Positions 56,072 through 64,000 of a stretch of 64,000 nucleotides of DNA are shown piece by piece. A program made the position numbers and the translations under genes. This DNA comes from Camelus dromedarius (Eukaryota), in the NCBI RefSeq assembly GCF_036321535.1, contig NC_087436.1, forward strand, positions 38,008,001 to 38,072,000, in the 5' to 3' direction. The stretch's first letter is position 1. Every line of letters begins with the position of its first letter. Below the pieces are notes generated by a model. That model was not told the DNA's origin. It was given only the letters and a program-made list of their open reading frames with translations, and did not search any database.

Positions 56072-58039
56072 AAATAAAAAGATTACTTGTATCTAGGTTC
56101 TCATTATTTAGAAGTTGATCTTGAACTTATACAAAGAAATTGGAATTAAAGTGCTGTAAGCAATTGACTGTCATACAAGATTTGCCTTTTTTTAAATCAC
56201 AAATTCATAGTTTCAGGATAATTTTTATCTTTTCTACATAAAGGGAAATAACAGTAATTTTATACCTTCAAGGAAAGAACAAGATCTTTAATATTTGCCT
56301 TTTAAAAAGTAAAATGATAACAGATACCCATTGGCAGGAGATAGTCCTGTACCTTCAATCTGAATCATCTGAATAAAAGGAAATCTCACATCCCTTTAGA
56401 TTTCACAGGCTCAAGGAAATGTGAAATATTTGACATTTTCACCTTAGTGTTTTCACACATAAAAGAGACACCTTCCAAGGGTAAGTAGCAAATTTTCCTT
56501 TCCTGTTGAAAGCTAGTTTTGCAACTCAAAGTTCAAATAAGGAAAACGCTGCTCTAGAATTTTCGGAAATGCTACAAGGCACACACAGTAAACTCCCGTT
56601 ACACTGTGTCTGCACGTCGCCCTCAGTCAGAATCTTAGTGAATTGCTGAGAATTTAGAAATTATCCCTTCTAACCAGTCTACCATGTAGGTGAAAATCAG
56701 AAAAGGTGTAAACCTGTGCATTGACAGAGCTCAATTCTTTCAGTCTTAGCTGCACATTTACTTGTCACTTAAGTTTTAATTGGCTAAAATTAGGCCCCTT
56801 ATTTTCATTGAAACTATGCAAAGTTTTAATCGTGCAGCAGCTACTACACTGACTCTGGTTGTGACCCCTTGGAAATCAAGGCTGCAGTTACTTTTGCATA
56901 CGTGCATATTACTCTTTGAAAATAAACTCAAAGAGGAGATGAAGCTGAGTCTTGCAGCCTATCAAATGTTGAAGACAGAAAATTCACTGCTTTCTAAGCA
57001 AGAACAAGATCCTATGAGAGTATAGGAGGCCCTTAGGGAAGCAGTGGAAAGGGGCCAATTGTAGAGGGCCTCCCACACCAGAGAGAGGAGCATATATTTA
57101 AAACGTTAGTCAACAAGGAAGGGTGACAGGGATGTGGGGAAGTATGCTGCGTGATTAGTGTCATTAGAGAGAGCATCTTGGCAGCGGTGCACAGAACAGA
57201 ATGCACAGGAGAGAGCCAGGGATTGGGAACCACGGTGCCACTTAGAGCTTGAATATCAGGCACTGATTTCTGACGGACCTCTGTTTGGAACCCAAGCTGA
57301 GTAAGTATGAGTTCCAACGTCCTGTTTCTGAAAGGACTTGAGCACCAATCACGTCCTGTCCCGTCGGGGTACTAGCAGCAGCTGCGTGGTACCTGCTCCT
57401 CGGGGTCCTGAGCTCCAGCAGCCCAGGCCCCTTCTCTCAGCTCCTGCAGCAGCAAGCGGGATCCCCTCCCGAGGTCTGAGCACCAGCTCTACCAGCCTCT
57501 CCCTCAAGCTCCTTGGGGCTGATATTCTCAATCTCCACCTTTTTGTTCCCCCAGCCTTAGTGGAGCTGTCCCTGCAGTTCTCATTTCTGGATGACCTTAG
57601 TCTCCTCCTGTTGCTTTTTCAGGCCTTCAGAACATGTGTGAGCTGATCTCTGTAGTAAATCCCTCCACTGCAATCCCAGGTGTAGTTTCCATTTTCCTGC
57701 GTGGACCCAGACTGATAGAATGAGCAGGTGTATAATCTATGTGGACAACATGGCAGGAACATCGGAACATAAAAATGTGGGCATGGTCAGGGAAGACAAG
57801 TAGTTGGATGTGATTAGACCACATGGCTGGACATGAGATTTCCTGAAAATTCAGCTGGGAAAAATTAAGGTGGGGTTTTAGTGACATATTAAGTGTCTCC
57901 TTATGTACAAACAAAACTGACTTCTATTACTTGCGTCATCCATCCCAATAATTTCCTCAGGAACACACTGATCTGGCCTAATTTTAAAATGTGATCTTTT
58001 AAAACACACAGAGACTCTTAAGCTTCCCCATCAGGTTAC

Positions 58040-58216
58040 GTGGCCTATGAGGGCATCCAGGGAGATGTCTAGGGGCAGGTGGGTCTGGTTCAGTGCCTCA
58101 CAAGAGCAATCTGGACAAGAGAGATGTGGTCTGGAATCATCAGTACACAGGAGATGATAGAATTTATGGGAGTTACTAAGGTCACCCAGAAAGAGGGCAG
58201 AGAGGGAGAGAACAGA
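58040..58216 (-). mobile_element. L2 fragment
   Basis: catccagggagatgtctaggggcaggtgg...ggaatcatcag...ggtcacccag. Confidence 0.6.
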
Positions 58217-58440
58217 ATGCTTATGGCAAAACATAAGACGCAACAGTTTCCATGATTTTTCTACAGGGTCCCTGTGCTTTAAACAAAACAATCTGATGTC
58301 TGACTCTCACTTATCATTTACTAATTCCCACCTCTATCCCTGGAATTAGTTATCTTCTATTTTCCAACAATACTTGCTGAGAAGGCAACATGGGAGAGTG
58401 AACTAGGCTTGGGCTTCAGATTTAAAGTCTTGGGTTTGCA

Positions 58441-58596
58441 GGGAAGGGTATAGCTCAGTGGAAGAGTGTGTGCTTAGCGTGTATGAGGTCCTGAGTTCAA
58501 TCCCCAGCACTTCCATGAAATAAACAGATAAACCTTATTACCGCCCCCATACACATATACCAAAAAAACAAAAACAAAAACTAAATGTATAAAAAA
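58441..58596 (+). mobile_element. vic-1-type SINE inserted in a MIR
   Basis: gggaagggtatagctcagtgg...gagttcaatccccagc; TSD taaagtcttgggtttg / taaagacttggggttg, 14/16. Confidence 0.9.
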
Positions 58597-60115
58597 TAAA
58601 GACTTGGGGTTGACATAAAGTCGGCTTCTTAAAAGTTAGGATCTCTTTAACTTCTAAGGTTCTTGGTTTTCCCCTCTGCAACATTAATCAGGATGTTGAT
58701 CATCAAAAATGATTTTGTCTCAGGGCTGCTGTGTGCGTTGAGTCATACAACGAGCATTTGTTGGTCACCTGCTAGATGTCAGTTGCTGCTTGGGTGTCAC
58801 CACGGGTGACAGGAGAAGTCGAGCTCACAGTCCAGCGAGGGAGGCGGGCCCATCATGAGGTGAGTACAGTGCGGTGCGTATGGTGAAGCACTAGAGAGGG
58901 TCTGAGACTCAGAGACAGGGAAGGGGTCACAGACAAGGCAGTAGCTGTGTAGGCTGAATCCTGAGGGAAATATGGGAGGTAGCTGAATGGAAAGAGAACA
59001 GTATGCTGTTTGGAATGTAATGTCAGGTGTTTAGTAAAGGAGTTTATCTTCTTCCCTTTAACTATCTCCTTCTAGTCCTGATCAAAATTAAACTGTTTCA
59101 GAAAAATTGCCTGAGGTACCAGTTCCTTTGTACTTCCCTCTAGTCCCTTAGTCTAATTGACCTGAACACACATTAATTGTGTTTCTATCATTTTGCTTTT
59201 GTGGATATAATCGATAATTGCCCTGATATTTCAGAAGGTCTCCCTATTCTGTCTTTTTAAATAGAAAGAAAACTTACTGAGAAAATTAATTTTTTTGTAT
59301 TCTTGTGATGTCTGTAATGGTGTTCAATATAATGATATATGATAATGTGTTTTTCAACTGTTTTTATAATATAAATAGCAGGCAGTGAAAAATATGTACA
59401 AAATGATTCTTAATACATATCTATTTTGCTCTTACATCAGTCGTGGAAGAGTATTAAAAACTAGGGGTAATGACAAGAAGCCCACAGAGGACGTAACAAG
59501 AGCAGCCTCCACAGTGTGGCTGGAAGTGATGTGTGAGTGCTGGAGTGGAGGACAGATGTTGAGATGATGAAGTCATGACAACCCCGATAGACAACTCTCT
59601 CCAGAGGTTGTTGCTGTGAAGGTAGCAGGAGAATATGGTGGTGCTAAGTGGAAACAGAGGAGATGGAAGGGAGCTGTTATATTTTTTAAATAATAGGAAG
59701 ATCCCAGAACTTGGTTGCATATTCACTGAGGAAATGTTCCAGTAGAAAAGGGTAAACTGATGATGTAGGAAAAAGCCCTGAGACTTTCGGCAAACATCTT
59801 TTCCCTCTTCTCTAAAATTGAGGATCACCAAACCATTCTAGCAGTTCTATGACTCTTCATTCTTTCAGAGTTTTAGGGGAGTCATTATCCCACAACTGAT
59901 ATGACTGAATTTCTACTATAATGTTAGAATTTATGAATAATTGTATTCCTAACTGAACATGAAGTCAACATGTAATGGAATGTTATTCTGATTTTGTATT
60001 GGTGGTTGTATTGACTCAAATCATTAAATTTCTGCTCAGTGAACTCTCTTGGACATATAAAACATGATAGATCTTTCAGAATAGGTGACTCAAGAAATTT
60101 AAATCCAAAGGAAGT

Positions 60116-60210
60116 GGGAAAGGGAAATAGCTCAGTGGTAGAGCACATGCTTAGCATGCAGGAGGTCCTGGGTTCAGTCCCCAGTGACTCTATTAAAAAT
60201 AATAATAATA
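60116..60210 (+). mobile_element. vic-1-type SINE with its tail split by an L1 (remainder ~61615-61629)
   Basis: tagctcagtggtagagcacatgcttagcatgcaggaggtcctgggttcag; outer TSD atttaaatccaaaggaa (60097) / atttaagtccaagggga (61630). Confidence 0.88.
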
Positions 60211-61598
60211 TTTTTCTTTCTCTTTCTGGCTTACTTCACTTAGAATGACATTCTCCAGGAGCATCCATGTTGCTGCAAATGGCATTATGTTGTCGATTTT
60301 TATGGCTGAGTAGTATTCCATTGTATAAATATACCACCTCTTCTTTATCCAGTCACCTGTTGATGGACATTTAGGCTGTTTCCATGTTTTGGCTATTGTA
60401 AATAGTGCTGCTATGAACATTGGGGTGCAGGTGTCATCCTGAAGTAGATTTCCTTCTGGATACAAGCCCCGGAGTGGGATTCCTGGGTCATATGATAAGT
60501 CTATTCCTAGTCTTTAGAGGAATCTCCACACTGTTTTCCATAGTGGCTGCACCAAACTGCATTCCCACCAGCAGTGTAGGAGGGTTCCCCTTTCTCCACA
60601 GCCTCTCCAGCATTTGTCATTTGTGGATTTTTGAATGACGGCCATTCTGACTGGTGTGAGGTGATACCTCATTGTAGTTTGGATTTGCATTTCTCTGATA
60701 ATTAGTGATATTGAGCATTTTTTCATGTGCTTTTTGATCATTTGTATGTCTTCCTTGGAGAATTGCTTGTTTAGGTCTTCTGCCCATTTTTGGATTGGGT
60801 TGTTTATTTTTTTCTTATTGAGTCATATGAGCTGCTTATATATTCTGGAGATCAAGCCTTTGTCGGTTTCACTTGCAAAAATTTTCTCCCATTCTGTAGG
60901 TTTTCTTCTTGTTTTATTTCTGGTTTCCTTTGCTGTGCAGAAGCTTGTAAGTTTCATTAGGTCCCATTTGTTTATTCTTGCTTTTATTTCTTCTAGGAGA
61001 AAATTTTTTAAATGTATGTCAGATAATGTTTTGCCTATGCTTTCCTCTAGGAGGTTTATTGTATCTTGTCTTATGTTTAAGTCTTTAATCCATTTTGAGT
61101 TGATTTTTGTATATGGTGTAAGGGAGTGTTCTAGCTTCATTGTTTTACATGCTGCTGTCCAGTTTTCCCAACACCATTTGCTGAAGAGACTGTCTTTATT
61201 CCAACGTATATTCTTGCCTCCTTTGTCAAAGATGAGTTGACCAAAAGTTTGTGGGTTATGAGATCGCTCATATGTGGAATCTAAAAAACAAAAACAAAAA
61301 CAAACAAACAAACAAAAACAAAGCATAAATAAAGGACAGAAATAGACTCACAGACAGAGAATACAGACTTGTGGTTACCAGGGGGGTGGAGGGTGGGAAG
61401 GGATAGACTGGGATTTCAAAATTGTAGAATAGACTACACTGTATAGCACAGGGACATATACACAAAATGTTATGATAACTCACAGAGAAAAAAATGTGAC
61501 AATGAGTGTGTATATGTCCATGAATAACTGAAAAATTGTGCTGAACACTGGAATTTGACACAACATTGTAAAATGATTATAAATCAATAAAAAATGTT
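60211..61598 (+). mobile_element. 5'-inverted young L1: ORF2 C-terminal part antisense at 60211-61257, ORF2 end and 3'UTR sense at ~61257-61598
   Basis: Minus-strand peptides [42 protein letters not shown]; perfect repeat ttaaaaataataataata at 60193 and 61597. Confidence 0.95.
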
Positions 61599-64000
61599 AA
61601 AAATAATAATAATAAGCCTTAAAAACTGTATTTAAGTCCAAGGGGAAAATATTTTCAGTGCTAACTCAGGCAGGATTCTTTTTTACTGCACGGTGGAGGA
61701 GAGCTGTGTGACCAGCTCATGTCTACAGGAATCACTGGACGGGTTTTCATCTTATCACTCACGACATGAAGTAGGCAATGTACTCACTTTTCAGGAAAGT
61801 GTTAAGTAACTATGAAAAGGGGGCAAGTCCTTTGACTTTACGGTGAGACAAGACATGCTTTTTTCTCATCCATGGAAAGGCAGGCTAGCTGTCGCACCTC
61901 CCACTCTATCAACAGCCAGCGTTGTGTCTGCAGATTTTTCTACCTAGGTGACTCCAACTCTTTTTACCACCTTATATAGCAAGAGACTGAGAACTTGCCA
62001 TGTAAATCTTACACGTGGAACAGGGTCTGCTTGATTCCTGAAGAGGCGGAGAGTTTATCTGTCCGATCCTTTTGGCCTCCCTCTGTTCTGTTTTGGAAAC
62101 TGATTGCTGCAGAGTGTCTTCCAAACTACACTCACTACCCCCAGACTTCACAAAGACTGATGCGAAGCAACAACACTGCAAATGTCCTCACGTGGTTAGT
62201 GGTTTCAATTTGGAATCTGGTGCTGGTTTCTGGAAGAGATGAGAAGGAAAATTTTCCTGTCCTGGGGATTTTGTATGTTTTTTCTGTCTCTTAGATATTT
62301 TCCCTCTTAAAATGTGGTTGTGAAAAGCAGATGTTCAGGAAAGCTAAAAGTCCTGGAAATATTCATCTGCTTGGTAACTCAATACCTCAGGGTATACATT
62401 GTCCATAGTAGCAAAATAGATTTTTTTTTTCTGCCTCCCATGGAATTGTAGCCATTGAGATAGTGTAAAATATGCCTTCTGAATTTAGCCTGCACTCAAA
62501 TCTGTTTATTGTTCAAAGAAATCATGTAATGCCAATTTAAGGTGTTTTTTTTTGAGTCTTTCATAAATCAACTGCATATTTATTTTGCTGACCAGAGAGA
62601 GTCAGATGAAAACACTCAACATTAAATTTCTACCCTAAATATCACAAAATAAATACCAAGGTCTCCTTAAAAACTTTGAGATCCCAACTTTGCCTCTAAT
62701 AGTAGTCTCCAATGTTCAGCATTTGAAAACATAGAGGAAAGTCATTGTAACTGCTACTTTGGTATAGCGTCCCGGAGCACCAGGACATCAGTTACAGCCC
62801 CCGTTGTTGTAAGGTGACATTGAGCCTCATTTAAAAAGTTACACACAAAGTTTCTCACCTACCAGAAGATTCAAAACTTGGAGTGTTTGTTCAAATGATT
62901 GCTCTAGTAACAATAATGTATTGAAACCACCTTTATTTTCTGACATTTGTCTGTGTAAGGCAAGTGATTCATGACCCTAATTGTATATGGAAGAAATAAA
63001 TTTGAAAGAAACATTTTGTTACAGCAGAGGCTGATATTCATAACTGGTTCCTTGAATATCAGGTAACTAATCAGTCATGGATATATTAACAGGTTATTCA
63101 TGCTTTTCTAGTTTTCACTCTGAAATAAATAAAAAGAGGCCCATTGGCTGGGGTATCATTCGATATTATAATGATACAGTGCTGATAATAATTTCTACTA
63201 GGGAAATACAGTAGCTGTCTTCACATTCACCAAAGTAATAAATAAGCAAACTTCCAGCTTATATACAATCTTTCCTCAGTTTGTTGCTTTCTGAAAATTG
63301 CTTTGAAAGTTAATTAGAACTGCATAAAATATAGCCAGCATACCAGTCCCTAAGAACAGCACACAACAGAAATACTTGATCAGAAAAGCAAAATGTTTAT
63401 TTCACTGGCTAGATTTGGCAATGTACTCCTGTGGCTGCTACTCAGTCTTTTTTGAGTAACCTAGTCTCCTCTCCTCCCTTCTGGCCACTTCCCCGTACTT
63501 AATCTTAAATTTGTGCATTGAGCACTATGGTTGTACTCTGGTGAATGTGTATTTGAGAGCTATTTCTGTTCTCTGATTTTAGCACTATTGTGTTGACTAT
63601 TTACATAATGCATATCAATCAAGATAGTGCCTCCTTTTAGAATGTGTTTAGTCCGTGATCATCACCTGATTTTACTTGACAATCAAAGTTTATTGTCCTG
63701 TCAAGAGTGTCCCTTTTAGTCATAATCATCCTATACTGAATCATCAATACATAGTTTCAGGCTAAACTAGCGAGACTCCTTTCGGATGCTTCACACGCCA
63801 CAGAGAAATGAGGCATGTATTCCATGCTATAGGCTGATTAGTGCTGGAGGTGTGTGGACAGCGGGGCCCAGAAGGGCTGTAACCAACTTTCTGAGGGACA
63901 AAAAGTCACAGAGGCAAAAACTGAGTGCCTTGTTTGGGTCTAATTTCATAGAACAATCAATCTCAATCTTTTTCTACTTGTCAGTCTTTTGAGAGAATAT

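Noticed and set aside
60116..60192. Possible functional tRNA-Ala gene (also the five other copies)
   Set aside because: Mutated stems, SINE-type A-rich tails and TSDs, and no T-run terminator; these are SINE heads.
60725..61240. 171-aa hydrophobic + strand ORF
   Set aside because: Antisense reading of L1 ORF2, a common artefact.

Overview
Mammalian genomic DNA, very probably camelid (Camelus/Vicugna/Lama): it carries six copies of a tRNA-Ala(AGC)-derived SINE matching the camelid vic-1 type. The only protein-coding sequence I can support is the 3' end of PRDM5 on the + strand: a 105-nt zinc-finger exon at 6263-6367 and the terminal exon at 14686-14850, followed by its 3'UTR. The rest is intronic or intergenic and dense in L1, L2, MIR, MaLR/ERVL and ERV1 relics; all other ORF-track entries are chance ORFs or L1 ORF2 fragments. 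Best observations: (1) a 5'-inverted L1 at 47656-48676 with a strong A-to-G excess on the L1-sense strand on both sides of the inversion, suggesting an ADAR-edited RNA copied into the genome; (2) a ~910-bp composite at 35945-36853 (L1-5'UTR-like head plus two MaLR LTR pieces cut just after AATAAA) flanked by a perfect 14-bp target-site duplication, i.e. a retrocopy of a repeat-built non-coding transcript; (3) a twin-primed L1 nested in a SINE tail; (4) all 12 young poly(A)-type insertions downstream of the stop codon are on +, while the 3 intronic L1 3' ends are antisense. Repeat family names are by eye and memory and need Dfam/RepeatMasker confirmation; old-repeat boundaries are approximate.
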